DNA of 64,000 bases from a virus (Duplodnaviria; Caudoviricetes), in the IMG/VR virus record IMGVR_UViG_3300037067_013058, positions 15,060 through 79,059 of that record; one strand, written 5' to 3'. Position 1 is the first letter of the stretch, and every line of letters starts with the position of its first letter. Positions 1-9,630 of the stretch are shown piece after piece. A program made the translations under genes and the position numbers. The notes under the pieces were generated by a model. That model made no database searches. It was not told the origin of the DNA and saw nothing but the letters and a program-made list of their open reading frames with translations.

Positions 1-1616
1 GTTACAAAACCGTGGGTTTTTACGAACCCATGAATTGAATCAATCCAAGCTTTTAATGTCTTGGCCACACCAAAGAACTCATCATTAATTAGATGATCGG
101 CTTCCTCATATGAAATATTCAAAGCCTTGGAAAGAGAAAAGGTTGATTCCCCATACAACAGGCCGAATGAAATGCTTTTTGCCGCAGACCTTTGTTCCTT
201 GTACAACTCCTTCACATCATGCACATCACAAGGTAAATGATAAACACGATGTGCCATTTGAGCGTGTAAATCTTCGTTGTTGTTTAACCAATCAATCCAC
301 ACGGGTTCTTTTGAGAGGTGCGCTGCCATACGCAATTCCATCTGGGAGAAATCTTTGAAAATAAACTTGTATCCTTGTGGTGCTAAATAAATACTCTTTA
401 CAATGTCCCCCCCATTTTCTGTCTTAGGAAGGTTAGTCATGTTTGGTTGATTTGAGCGAAGACGTCCGGTCAACGTATCAAGAAAAAATGAGCTATGTAT
501 GATTCCAATCTTCCCGTCATCTGCATACTCTCTTACATAATCTATTGCTGGCTGAACATAGGTTCCTTGTATCTTTTGCGCTCTTCTATATTTGAGCAAA
601 GGTTCAATAACGGGATGTGTCAATTCCGACAAAGCCTCAATATCAACAACCCATTTATGATGTTCCCCTTTCCTACCTGGAGGTTTTAATTGATCAAAAA
701 GGATCTCACCTAACTGATCATTACTTCCAACATTAAATTCTTTTCCAATAATTGACCAAATCTCCTTTTGCGAGGATTCCATAATTGCCAATTGATCTAT
801 TACAATTTGTTTAGCTCTTTCCAAATCAACTGGCATACCTGCTAGCTCAAGCAATAAGATATGATGCGACAATGGCATTACAATATTTTCGAATGCCCAA
901 GTTAGTCCTTCGTCTTCCATCATCTTTGCAAAAACAAACTTCAGCGCAAGAACGTAACAGGAATCCGAGCAGCCGTAGGGATAGAGAGTTTCTATTGGAA
1001 CCTTAGAGTAACGTTGCAGCCTCGGATCAAAGTACTTTAATGCGGACTTTAAATCATCTTTGAATTGGGAAGCCTCTGTTGAAAGGTAAAAGTCAGAACA
1101 ACCCAACTTCGTGACATTGCCTTCGTCATCAAAGTCAGACTTCAATGCGTGAGAACAATCGGAACGCGATTCATTTATCAAACTGTGGGCAAGCATCGTG
1201 TCAAATGCAAACCCACGCACCCTGATCCCCAAAAGAGTACATAATTTTCCAATATCAAACTTTCCGTTATGGGCAATCTTGGGTTGGTCCGATTCCAGAA
1301 CTCCCCTTAGCAACTCAACAACATCGTTTTGCTTCTTTCCCCAGAAAGGGTCATCATTAGATTTAGTTAATGGAATGTAAGCAGCGTTGCAAGGAACCCA
1401 AGGATCAGGACACTCGCTAAGGCCCCACGCAAAGCTCAGGCCACACAATACTTCGGGGTACACGCCCTCTAGTTTCACTTTTGATGTGGGGTGAGAGGTT
1501 TCTGTGTCAAAAGCGAGTTCTGGGGCCTTTTTGAGTTCACCAACTAACCATTGCAACTTCTGAAAGGTGTTAATCAGAAAGAAACAAGAAGGTACCTGGG
1601 CATTGGAAAAAAACAA
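1..1616 (-). CDS. polA: Family A DNA polymerase (3'-5' exonuclease + polymerase domains), 3' end truncated by the window edge
   Basis: Absent from the ORF track because no stop lies in the window. Hand translation from TTG at 1616 (AAGGA upstream) is open to position 1: ExoI LAFDTET, ExoII AHNGKFD, ExoIII YGCSD, TGRLRSNQPNMTNLP, motif A FKDFSQMELR, motif B RSAAKSISFGLLYG (Phe at the E. coli 762-equivalent position). No N-terminal 5'-3' exonuclease domain. Confidence 0.92.
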   Translation of the reverse strand, partial: MFFSNAQVPSCFFLINTFQKLQWLVGELKKAPELAFDTETSHPTSKVKLEGVYPEVLCGLSFAWGLSECPDPWVPCNAAYIPLTKSNDDPFWGKKQNDVVELLRGVLESDQPKIAHNGKFDIGKLCTLLGIRVRGFAFDTMLAHSLINESRSDCSHALKSDFDDEGNVTKLGCSDFYLSTEASQFKDDLKSALKYFDPRLQRYSKVPIETLYPYGCSDSCYVLALKFVFAKMMEDEGLTWAFENIVMPLSHHILLLELAGMPVDLERAKQIVIDQLAIMESSQKEIWSIIGKEFNVGSNDQLGEILFDQLKPPGRKGEHHKWVVDIEALSELTHPVIEPLLKYRRAQKIQGTYVQPAIDYVREYADDGKIGIIHSSFFLDTLTGRLRSNQPNMTNLPKTENGGDIVKSIYLAPQGYKFIFKDFSQMELRMAAHLSKEPVWIDWLNNNEDLHAQMAHRVYHLPCDVHDVKELYKEQRSAAKSISFGLLYGESTFSLSKALNISYEEADHLINDEFFGVAKTLKAWIDSIHGFVKTHGFV

Positions 1617-1618
1617 AG

Positions 1619-1957
1619 TTATTCCTTATCCTCTGGTTCGCCATATGAGCCCTCTGACACCCCATCCAAGCTCCGATCTTCTTCTGCATACCTTGCCCTA
1701 CGAATTTCAGCATGGCGCAAGGAAATCCATTTCTGTGCCTCTACAATTGCAATTAGAATGTCAGGCAGATCCCGCTGTTGGATATATGGCCCGCGCTTCC
1801 TCGAACCATCCTGTGAAAGAAACTCACGACACAGCCTCGCGTCGTAAAACACCTTTACACCATCTCTGGATCTTGACTCGTATACCTCACATACACCTGC
1901 CCCCTCAATGAAACTCTGTACTAGAACACGTTGCGCATCAAACTTCTCTTCAGTCAT
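1619..1957 (-). CDS. Hypothetical protein
   Basis: 112-aa ORF co-oriented with the operon, ending 2 nt before the polA start. Confidence 0.55.
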   Translation of the reverse strand: MTEEKFDAQRVLVQSFIEGAGVCEVYESRSRDGVKVFYDARLCREFLSQDGSRKRGPYIQQRDLPDILIAIVEAQKWISLRHAEIRRARYAEEDRSLDGVSEGSYGEPEDKE

Positions 1958-1995
1958 TTTGTACCTCTGCTTCAGTTAAGTCCCGTTATTGGGAA

Positions 1996-2736
1996 TCACT
2001 TGCCATTTAGAGCCTTTAATTTCAGAACATCAGCTTTCCTCACATGTTTAGTTCCTCTAATTTTCACAACTTTCAAATTTCCTTTTTTTGCGTGACTGTA
2101 CAAATTAACGTAACTACACCCGTATAAATCGGCTGCTGAGCTAATAGTCAGCCAATCTTCGCCTAATTCCTCCTCCCCATCCCCGCAGGCAATTTTCGGC
2201 TCATCCTTCAGCGAATTCTTCTTCATCGCCGCAGTCCTAGAAGAACTCAACGCATTTTTCGGTGAATCCTTGACCAATTTCTTCGGCAAATTCCCCTTTT
2301 CAAAATCGATACCCAATTGCAAATCCCCACGCACTGCCGCATTCGGTCCATGCTTTTCAAGATCCGCTAACCGCTCCTGAACATTTTGGTAAAGCTTTTC
2401 GTAATCCATTTTGCCAAGAAATTCGACAGCATTGCCAAAGTCATCGCCCCCTAAGCCAATTCTATATGCAAATACGACTAGGCAAAATCGGCTAATATTG
2501 CAAGTGATTTGGCAAGATCTTTCGAAAATATGTTGGCAAAACCGGCACTCAGTCCCACCAGCCAATTTAGCAGCAGGATTACACTCATGGGCAGTCAGTG
2601 AAGGATGGCTGAAGCATTCGACACCAATAGCGTCATCGGGCAAATTCACGCTATAGAATTTGCTAATTCTTTCCGCCATTTCCTTATCCAATGGCAGCTT
2701 ATGTTTCCAGACTAGCAGTTCTTTTTTATTTTCCAT
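1996..2736 (-). CDS. Hypothetical protein with C-terminal excisionase/MerR-like helix-turn-helix
   Basis: C-terminus WLTISSAADLYGCSYVNLYSHAKKGNL..GTKHVRKADV fits an excisionase-type HTH; start abuts the upstream TGA. Confidence 0.55.
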   Translation of the reverse strand: MENKKELLVWKHKLPLDKEMAERISKFYSVNLPDDAIGVECFSHPSLTAHECNPAAKLAGGTECRFCQHIFERSCQITCNISRFCLVVFAYRIGLGGDDFGNAVEFLGKMDYEKLYQNVQERLADLEKHGPNAAVRGDLQLGIDFEKGNLPKKLVKDSPKNALSSSRTAAMKKNSLKDEPKIACGDGEEELGEDWLTISSAADLYGCSYVNLYSHAKKGNLKVVKIRGTKHVRKADVLKLKALNGK

Positions 2737-2937
2737 TCATTCACCTTTTTCTAACATCGCTCTCAACTTTATTACTTCTAGTCTATATCCAATTATACAA
2801 TACAACCCAGATTTTCCATCTCGCTTACAGGTACTAGGCTCATACTGTTCCCAAGTAGATTTATTATATGATGGACACTTTTCCCTACTACAAAAGAAAT
2901 CGTAATCCTCAACTCTTGGATTTATCTCTTTGTCCAT
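2737..2937 (-). CDS. Small hypothetical protein
   Basis: 66 aa, coupled to both neighbours. Confidence 0.45.
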   Translation of the reverse strand: MDKEINPRVEDYDFFCSREKCPSYNKSTWEQYEPSTCKRDGKSGLYCIIGYRLEVIKLRAMLEKGE

Positions 2938-3125
2938 TATAAATTACCTTCTTCTTTTTCAGCAATGAGTCTTCCACAAAATGGGCAAAATAGAAAACCT
3001 TTTTCAATACGACTGTAATTCTCAAAATCTATAGTTTTATCGCAAGAAGTTTCATAATGATATGCAGTATTATATCGATCATGCCAAAAACAAAAATCTC
3101 GGCTCAATGTATCTCTTAGTTCCAT
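2937..3125 (-). CDS. Small hypothetical protein with CxxC
   Basis: 62 aa, FCPFCG knuckle, coupled to neighbours. Confidence 0.45.
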   Translation of the reverse strand: MELRDTLSRDFCFWHDRYNTAYHYETSCDKTIDFENYSRIEKGFLFCPFCGRLIAEKEEGNL

Positions 3126-3128
3126 TTC

Positions 3129-4181
3129 TCACCCACTAAACTTTGTTAACGCCACCTTTTTATCACCAGAACACATATACACGAAAGACTTGGTTCCTAT
3201 ATAAATTTTGACATCATCTCCGTCCATTGCCTTGAGTGCTTCCATCATTGCTTTTCTATGAACGCCAAAGTCTTCTGCTTCTGAAGGTAAATCAATAACA
3301 ACCAAATTCTCGGCAACTTCTGTGCCCTTGTAAGTCTTGCACGATATTCGCCAAGTATTTTGGTCATTTTCGATACGTGTCCAGATAGCTCCTGTTTCAT
3401 CATTTCCCATTACAGCATGGATGGACGTGAGAATATTGATAAGATCCTTGCGATTAGCTGTAAATGAATTGCCATCAGGTTCCCCAAACATTGTGAAAAG
3501 ATCCTGGGGCAGTTTATCATCAAGGAGCATGGAATAGAATGTAACCCCGCTAGCCAATACCACGCCAAATACATTGTCGTTGAGCAGGAGGGCTTTCCTA
3601 TCCTTGTCCTTGAATCCTTTGAGTACCAAGGCGGCTTCTGATGAAATGACAATACGAGGGCAATTGAAGGCCTTAGAATCGGTAACGACTACACCACAAC
3701 TTGCGAAGCCCAATTTCGCAAATTTTGTGTAAGATTCACCGCACTCTACGAGAATACCCTTGAAACGCTTGTCCTCTTTGATAGCTTTGGCGCAGTATAT
3801 GAGATTGTTTACGAAATCCGGAATTTCGTAAGTTGTTAGATCCTTCAATGTTATAAAGTCAATAATCGTATCGAGCATTGGGAGTTTGGCTTCGGTTTCC
3901 CCCTGCTTGATGAATAGTCTAGCTTTTGCTGGATTGAATTCTATTGGTAACTTTTTATCCAGCTTTTTTACAACTGCTGTAAAATTATCCGAATTGACAC
4001 CAAAAGCGAATTCGTCGGGAATTGACAAATCTTGGATAAACGTGACGTAGAACTCCGTAGATTTTGCGTATATGTGCAGAATTCCGCCAGTATTACGGAA
4101 AAATACGTGAGTATTATCCGACATTTTGTCAACGCATCGGCAAAAATCAGCAAGCATTTGGTAATTTAAAGTGAAACTCAT
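3129..4181 (-). CDS. Putative DNA polymerase sliding clamp (beta-clamp-like)
   Basis: 350 aa (beta-clamp size), repeating alpha/beta pattern reminiscent of DnaN, located among primase, helicase and polymerase genes. Family inferred, not confirmed. Confidence 0.55.
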   Translation of the reverse strand: MSFTLNYQMLADFCRCVDKMSDNTHVFFRNTGGILHIYAKSTEFYVTFIQDLSIPDEFAFGVNSDNFTAVVKKLDKKLPIEFNPAKARLFIKQGETEAKLPMLDTIIDFITLKDLTTYEIPDFVNNLIYCAKAIKEDKRFKGILVECGESYTKFAKLGFASCGVVVTDSKAFNCPRIVISSEAALVLKGFKDKDRKALLLNDNVFGVVLASGVTFYSMLLDDKLPQDLFTMFGEPDGNSFTANRKDLINILTSIHAVMGNDETGAIWTRIENDQNTWRISCKTYKGTEVAENLVVIDLPSEAEDFGVHRKAMMEALKAMDGDDVKIYIGTKSFVYMCSGDKKVALTKFSG

Positions 4182-4360
4182 ATGTTCCTCGCCACATCTA
4201 CATGAACAACTGAAACAACCTCAACAATTGGATCTACTACACCATGAAAATCATCAAACAGAGGATAGGGAAAAGTACGAACAGCATAAAGCCAAGGAGC
4301 AAATCCATCTTCCCAATCTCTCCAAAATACCTCAGTAATTTTCCACAAAATGGTATCCAT
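4178..4360 (-). CDS. Small hypothetical protein
   Basis: Start moved from the track's 4408 to ATG at 4360 (MDTILWK...), 2 nt after the stop of a small upstream ORF; ATGA overlap with the clamp gene. Confidence 0.4.
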   Translation of the reverse strand: MDTILWKITEVFWRDWEDGFAPWLYAVRTFPYPLFDDFHGVVDPIVEVVSVVHVDVARNI

Positions 4361-4362
4361 TC

Positions 4363-4491
4363 CTAGCCCCACATAAACATTGTGCCTAATCCGGCTGCGA
4401 AAAAACACAAACCCATATACGGACTATCGCTAAAAATTACAGCACAGGCACAAGCACCCCACATAGCTGCTGTTGCTAGACCTTTTCCCAT
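4363..4491 (-). CDS. 42-aa hydrophobic (membrane) peptide
   Basis: Hand-translated MGKGLATAAMWGACACAVIFSDSPYMGLCFFAAGLGTMFMWG*; fills the gap between 4493 and 4360 with 1-2 nt spacing; below the ORF-track cutoff. Confidence 0.45.
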   Translation of the reverse strand: MGKGLATAAMWGACACAVIFSDSPYMGLCFFAAGLGTMFMWG

Positions 4492-4492
4492 G

Positions 4493-4813
4493 TTACTTCA
4501 CTTTCCTTACTAATGTCCAACCATAAATTTCCAACCATACTGTCAATGGATGGCAAGGGTCATCGCTGGCTTCACTGGCAATTTCCTTGTACACTTCATC
4601 ATCAACGTCTTTGAATTCCATCAATTTTGTAAATGGAAATTCCTCATCGGCATCAATAACAAGACCATCAAAACAATCCTTCAAATCCCGTATATCCGTA
4701 TAAACTAGAAGATCCAAATCCTGTGCTGCATCCATTACAGCTTGCCTATCGGTTGGATCTATGTAGTTTTCCTTATCACACGTATGTTTTGTTTTCACGC
4801 TAAATTCCTCCAA
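4493..4813 (-). CDS. Hypothetical protein
   Basis: 106-aa acidic ORF with GGAGG upstream. Confidence 0.55.
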   Translation of the reverse strand: MEEFSVKTKHTCDKENYIDPTDRQAVMDAAQDLDLLVYTDIRDLKDCFDGLVIDADEEFPFTKLMEFKDVDDEVYKEIASEASDDPCHPLTVWLEIYGWTLVRKVK

Positions 4814-4825
4814 CCACCAACATAA

Positions 4826-5650
4826 TCATGCTGCACACGTTGTCAAGTGTACCGGCTCAACTTTTTGAAAATAAAGAGGTTGTACTACTGTCAAATCCAT
4901 TGCTGCCCTTTTGATTTGTTTTTTGCACGAATATACGCAATTTTTTGATAAATTACAGCATCTTGATAATTCGGTGTTCGAACTGTAAGGACTTTCCAAC
5001 ATTTCCGCTAATACCACCAGCGCATTTTGGGAAATTCTGTACATAATCTTCTTGAGCATTTCCCGTGCTGCTGTGGTAGATTCTTGGTCACTGTGGGTAT
5101 CCTTGAACATATTGCTAAACATTTCAGAATCTTTTGTGCTGAAATCACATTCCAGAATCTCTTGACCAATTCTTTCGACAATCTTGATTTTGCACTTTTT
5201 GGCACTAGTACGCAACCAACCATTTCGTTGTGTGAAATATAGCGTAAGCATGTCCAAATACTGTTGGCGAATCACCTTGTACATGTAGGAAGCCAAAGAG
5301 CTTTTCTTTACGGAAACTATGTGCTTATACTGTACCCAAAATTTCTCTAATTTTTTAGTTTTCTTGTATTTGGGGGTAATCAATCTAGCGCATTTTCCGT
5401 CACGCATGTCCATTTCGTACAATCTGCCCTTATACCTGAATAATGGGGCTTTATACGCCACATTCGCCTCTACAGCAGCTAATAGCAAATCCTGTGTTAA
5501 ATCAATTGGATCTTTATGAGTAATCCTTTGCAAATCATTGGCCGTAGATTTCAAAAGCGGTAGCCATTTTTTGAGAGCATTGGCCAACGCTGGTTCCGTT
5601 CGTTTTAATCCATCAATTGTTGAATTTAGTAAATCTGTTACTGATTGCAT
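4826..5650 (-). CDS. Putative phage sigma-factor-like protein
   Basis: N-terminal DLTQDLLLAAVEA and SLASYMYKVIRQQYLD resemble sigma region 2; C-terminal NTELSRCCNLSKNCVYSCKKQIKRA resembles a region-4 HTH. Confidence 0.45.
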   Translation of the reverse strand: MQSVTDLLNSTIDGLKRTEPALANALKKWLPLLKSTANDLQRITHKDPIDLTQDLLLAAVEANVAYKAPLFRYKGRLYEMDMRDGKCARLITPKYKKTKKLEKFWVQYKHIVSVKKSSLASYMYKVIRQQYLDMLTLYFTQRNGWLRTSAKKCKIKIVERIGQEILECDFSTKDSEMFSNMFKDTHSDQESTTAAREMLKKIMYRISQNALVVLAEMLESPYSSNTELSRCCNLSKNCVYSCKKQIKRAAMDLTVVQPLYFQKVEPVHLTTCAA

Positions 5651-6606
5651 TCCCCCTCCAAATGTTGTTGAATTTCCAAGAACCTTTCTTTACTAAGGCT
5701 TCCCGGATCTTCGTCTAATTCCAACTTAACAACATTTGGATGTAATTCAAACGCTTCTAGTTCGCAATAAAGCTTCTTTACGAAATCTTTTTTAAATTTC
5801 TTTCCAATTACGACATCGCCATCCAAACAAACAATTGGCCGTAAACCATACAACGTGCAAAGATAGAAAATCTTGTTGAACTGTGCTGATGTGGCTTCCT
5901 TGGTGAACAATCCCACAGATTGAACACCGTATGTCGTCAATTTCCAGACATCCGATGCTCCTTCTACGATCCACAAATCGGGGGTTCTGTTATTTATCAA
6001 CCAACCGCCATAAAGCATTTGTTGCACAGGACTACCAGAAGGAAATTGCCACCTTTGTTTTTTGAGAGGATTCAAATAACGTACTTGAAACGTTTTGTAG
6101 GTTCCATCTATTTCAAAAATTGGTGAAACAATTGAATCCCCAAGCTGTACTTCATCACATTTTCCGAATTTGCCGAGCATCAAGCCAAACTGATCGATAA
6201 TGGATTGGCCAAGTTGTCGCTTCTCAAGATATTCGCAATTTGCCAAAGGTGCGAGAAATTGAGGAGATGGCCATTGGTTAATCTTTGGCGTATTATTAAA
6301 ACTGTCTTCTATTCCTAGCAGTCTATCGATATTTACTTCGGTATGTGAATCTTTTAGTCTTTTGTAAACCTCTCGCCAAGAAGTAAGCCCTTCCATGAGC
6401 TTGTAAAACAGGAAGAAATTACCACGTACTCCGCATTTGGAAGATCCACAAACAAATAAGCCACGATCTACATCAATTGAGAAAGACGGGTGCCTATCGT
6501 CGTGGAATGGACAGCGGGTATGGATTTTGCCACTAAAATTTGGTGACTTATCCGGGAATTTAGAAAGTATGTAGGATTTGGGAGTCAAAACTGTGTCTTC
6601 TTCCAA
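5638..6606 (-). CDS. DNA primase (CHC2 zinc finger + TOPRIM)
   Basis: CPFHDDRHPSF...CGSSKCG zinc finger; TOPRIM motifs IVEGASD and CLDGD. Confidence 0.87.
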   Translation of the reverse strand: MEEDTVLTPKSYILSKFPDKSPNFSGKIHTRCPFHDDRHPSFSIDVDRGLFVCGSSKCGVRGNFFLFYKLMEGLTSWREVYKRLKDSHTEVNIDRLLGIEDSFNNTPKINQWPSPQFLAPLANCEYLEKRQLGQSIIDQFGLMLGKFGKCDEVQLGDSIVSPIFEIDGTYKTFQVRYLNPLKKQRWQFPSGSPVQQMLYGGWLINNRTPDLWIVEGASDVWKLTTYGVQSVGLFTKEATSAQFNKIFYLCTLYGLRPIVCLDGDVVIGKKFKKDFVKKLYCELEAFELHPNVVKLELDEDPGSLSKERFLEIQQHLEGECNQ

Positions 6607-7046
6607 CGACCTTTTTCATCTCTTGGAACATTCTTCATTTCACCCCTAAGTGCTGCTTTATCTCGTTCAGACCACTCAGTCCGTGCTGTAGTAAGCAACG
6701 GTGCAGACAACAAAAAGCCTTTAGCAGTTATTTTTACAACTTCTGTAACAGGAACTTCAATTTCTTTACCAAAAGAAAACTTACGAACAAGCAGCACTGG
6801 AGTCTTTTTTGTTATTACCATATATCCCGGTTCATAGTCATCATAAGTTCCGCCCCCATGATTTACCGGACCATCACACCGCCAAGAGCACCCTGAAACC
6901 CAAGCAATAAAAGGGGTACAAGGCTGAACAACCCAAACATGCGCCCCAGGATTACTAATATCTACCAAACAAGCCTGCACAGACACCTTTGTACCTATCG
7001 GATATTGCTCTAGTAACTCCCACTCTTTTTGATGTTTTCGTTTCAT
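6585..7046 (-). CDS. Hypothetical protein
   Basis: 153-aa ORF with ATGA overlap to the upstream gene. Confidence 0.55.
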   Translation of the reverse strand: MKRKHQKEWELLEQYPIGTKVSVQACLVDISNPGAHVWVVQPCTPFIAWVSGCSWRCDGPVNHGGGTYDDYEPGYMVITKKTPVLLVRKFSFGKEIEVPVTEVVKITAKGFLLSAPLLTTARTEWSERDKAALRGEMKNVPRDEKGRWKKTQF

Positions 7047-7462
7047 TGTTTTCTCCTCTCAGCTTCATACTGCTCATACAAAACATGAGCTTGATCCATA
7101 ATTCTCTTGTGCATAAAATTTCCACAAATTTCCTTTGTCGCCTCAATATAGAAATCAACAATTTCCCGCGAACTACTTCTCTTTGGGCGCAACTTATTAA
7201 TTTCTGCTTGAAGATTTGAAATTTCTGCGCCTAAGAACTCCACCCTCCTATTGTATTGATCCCGCTCCTCCGCACCACAAAGATAAGGTTTACGCAATTT
7301 GACTTGTGCCAACTCTTGCTGCTTTCCCTTAACAACACGAACAAGAGCTGCCCTTTTATCTTCCTTTGTCCATTCGTCCCAATCTGGAAAATAAGCAGAA
7401 ACATTTTTCGGCTTTACAACAGAAGCCTGATACTGCTGAAATTGTGACGCCTTCTTATACAC
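7043..7462 (-). CDS. Hypothetical coiled-coil protein
   Basis: Likely start GTG at 7462 after GAGG; the track start (7513) overlaps the helicase. Confidence 0.5.
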   Translation of the reverse strand: MYKKASQFQQYQASVVKPKNVSAYFPDWDEWTKEDKRAALVRVVKGKQQELAQVKLRKPYLCGAEERDQYNRRVEFLGAEISNLQAEINKLRPKRSSSREIVDFYIEATKEICGNFMHKRIMDQAHVLYEQYEAERRKQ

Positions 7463-7479
7463 AAAACACCTCGAATAAA

Positions 7480-8823
7480 TTAGAAAGGATTTACCTTCAG
7501 AGCATTTTTCCACAAATCATGCATACTTCGTTCAATTACCATGCGAGCAATATCAGCATCCAGCACAATTTCTGGAATCTTTATTTGACCGCTACGAATA
7601 AAAGCAGGAGAAAGAACAATCAAACCTTCCTCCTCCTCTTTCTCATTCTGGTCAATATTTATGGTCAAGTCAACGCCTTGAGAAATACCAACAGATTTCC
7701 CTTGATGCGCCTTATTCAAACGTTCCGCTGTTGCCCCTTCTACTTTTGATTGGGAAGCAACAATTCCCAAAGTATTGAACGCATCCAAATGGTTCTTCAA
7801 ATCCCAAACACTTCTAGTCTGATTCAAATGGTCTTCCTTGCGAATCAGGGAAGGTTTGATCAGGTTAAGGTAGTCCCATACTTCCAATGCAAATGAAATG
7901 CCTTCTCTGTCCTGCAACTTCTTTACTTCGTCCTCAACTTGCTGAACTGTTGTCTCTTGTGGCGTACATTTGATAATCTTCAGCCTGTTATTCCAATTTC
8001 TCATCCAATCAAACAGCCGATCCATACTATCTTTTTCTTCAGCCGTTATCAAATAATTTCTAATACGGTCAAAGTTGGTTTCCATGAACATAGCATCAAA
8101 ACGAGCAGTAGTCAACTCCATCGAATTCTCAAACGTTATGTGCAAAACGTTGAAACCTTGAAGAACCCCAGCATACGACATTGCATTCAAAATGATTGAC
8201 TTGTACCGTTTAAAAGGAGCAAGGAAATTGACAATCATTGGAGCTTTCAAAACAAATTGAGCGTCCAAACCCCTGATACCAGTCAAAATTCTTGGATTGA
8301 TAGAAGGGTTGTCTCTTTCCAGTTTCCTGCGCTGTTGCCGTTCCTGATAATTTTCGGCATAGTCGATATACTGGAATTTCTTTCCTTCAATAACTGCCTG
8401 CGCTGCGCTTACACCTTCCCGAATGTCCTTCAAACAAAAATCAATTCTGTCTGACCTATTCAACGCCTCAAATGCTTGGCGGATTTTTGAATTCACAACG
8501 GACCACGCAACATATGCCGTGAATTTGTCCTTAGCATCATCTTCGAATGTCAAATTCCTGTTGTAAAGTGCGGAAAGCTGTTCCTTGTACCTGTCCCGCG
8601 TTTCGTCATCCGGAACACTTGTCAATTCCTGATCAAGATAACCAAACGGAAGCCTTTTCCATGCTCTAGCCTTGAGGATTTTGACAAGCCATTTGTAAGA
8701 TTCTACATTGAAGAAATCCGCCTCAATTGCTTCCAGCGTTTCATCCGTAGCAACATCCACACCTTGCACCAGAGCAGCAAGGAACTCAGCCTCAACTTTG
8801 GAATCAAGTATCATATCGGCCAA
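7480..8823 (-). CDS. DnaB-like replicative helicase (atypical Walker A)
   Basis: DnaB-like N-terminal helical domain; HITFENS, WDYLNL (Walker B), ASQ, ISQGVD and IRSG motifs match the DnaB/RecA fold; Walker A reads APFKRYKS. Confidence 0.72.
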   Translation of the reverse strand: MADMILDSKVEAEFLAALVQGVDVATDETLEAIEADFFNVESYKWLVKILKARAWKRLPFGYLDQELTSVPDDETRDRYKEQLSALYNRNLTFEDDAKDKFTAYVAWSVVNSKIRQAFEALNRSDRIDFCLKDIREGVSAAQAVIEGKKFQYIDYAENYQERQQRRKLERDNPSINPRILTGIRGLDAQFVLKAPMIVNFLAPFKRYKSIILNAMSYAGVLQGFNVLHITFENSMELTTARFDAMFMETNFDRIRNYLITAEEKDSMDRLFDWMRNWNNRLKIIKCTPQETTVQQVEDEVKKLQDREGISFALEVWDYLNLIKPSLIRKEDHLNQTRSVWDLKNHLDAFNTLGIVASQSKVEGATAERLNKAHQGKSVGISQGVDLTINIDQNEKEEEEGLIVLSPAFIRSGQIKIPEIVLDADIARMVIERSMHDLWKNALKVNPF

Positions 8824-9557
8824 TCCGTCCTACTGTCCATCAATCGCAAATCTTCCCCACCCCCAACCTCAACTGCCCTGAAAACCTTACCCCGGCCAAT
8901 TACCCCATCTGGCCGAATTTCTAGCAAAGAATCCAAAGTGTGCTGATACTTTTCGGCAATAAATTTGGGTGGATAGTTTGTGGTAATAATTGTTGATAAT
9001 CTGTTATCTCTACGGTAATGAAGAACTTGCTGAAGCGTTGCTAAAAATGCTTCCTTTTTCCATGAAGATTCCGCAGCTTCCGCGCCCAAATCGTCCAACA
9101 CATATACGGAAGATTGCCACAATTGTCCATCTTCTGCACTGAAATTCATTTGCAATCTTTGGGCAGTCTCAAAACCATAGGATCTGTCTCTGGAATAGTT
9201 CTCCGTCCGTTGAAAATACTTTGCCAATACATAAGTCAAATAATGTGCTAATGTTGTTTTACCCCTGCCCTTTTCCGAAGAATACATAAACAACGATAAA
9301 CCCTTTTGCAGCACATCAACAGGTGAATTTGCCCAATAATTGACGAAATCTTCACCCGATTCGAACTTTGGGTAAACATATTCGTCACTACTTACGAAAT
9401 CCAAGGTTTCGTCACAAAATCCACCACCTAATAAACGATTATACGCACGAAACTTGACTAAGCAATTGCAAAGTATTAGCTCGCCCGCTGCATTACACAG
9501 CTTTCCTTCTCCTTGACACAGAAGGCAGGAACCGACTATTTCGTCTTTTAGTGTCAT
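8811..9557 (-). CDS. DnaC/IstB-like AAA+ ATPase (helicase loader)
   Basis: N-terminal CxxC...CxC, Walker A KGRGKTT, Walker B VLDDLG, TIITTNY; adjacent to the helicase. Confidence 0.72.
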   Translation of the reverse strand: MTLKDEIVGSCLLCQGEGKLCNAAGELILCNCLVKFRAYNRLLGGGFCDETLDFVSSDEYVYPKFESGEDFVNYWANSPVDVLQKGLSLFMYSSEKGRGKTTLAHYLTYVLAKYFQRTENYSRDRSYGFETAQRLQMNFSAEDGQLWQSSVYVLDDLGAEAAESSWKKEAFLATLQQVLHYRRDNRLSTIITTNYPPKFIAEKYQHTLDSLLEIRPDGVIGRGKVFRAVEVGGGEDLRLMDSRTDWPI

Positions 9558-9628
9558 TATCTAGAAATTGCCGCCAGTGCAGCAATAAACACAATGCACA
9601 CTATAAGCTCTGCAAACAACTGGTCCAT
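9557..9628 (-). CDS. 23-aa hydrophobic peptide
   Basis: MDQLFAELIVCIVFIAALAAISR*; starts 2 nt after the upstream stop and ends in a TAATG overlap with the loader start. Confidence 0.4.
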   Translation of the reverse strand: MDQLFAELIVCIVFIAALAAISR

Positions 9629-9630
9629 CT

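Noticed and set aside
1-1616. Apparent gene-poor stretch, or frameshifted polymerase, at the left edge
   Set aside because: Hand translation gives one open minus-strand frame with all PolA motifs; the track missed it only because the stop lies outside the window. No frameshift or intein is seen in this part.
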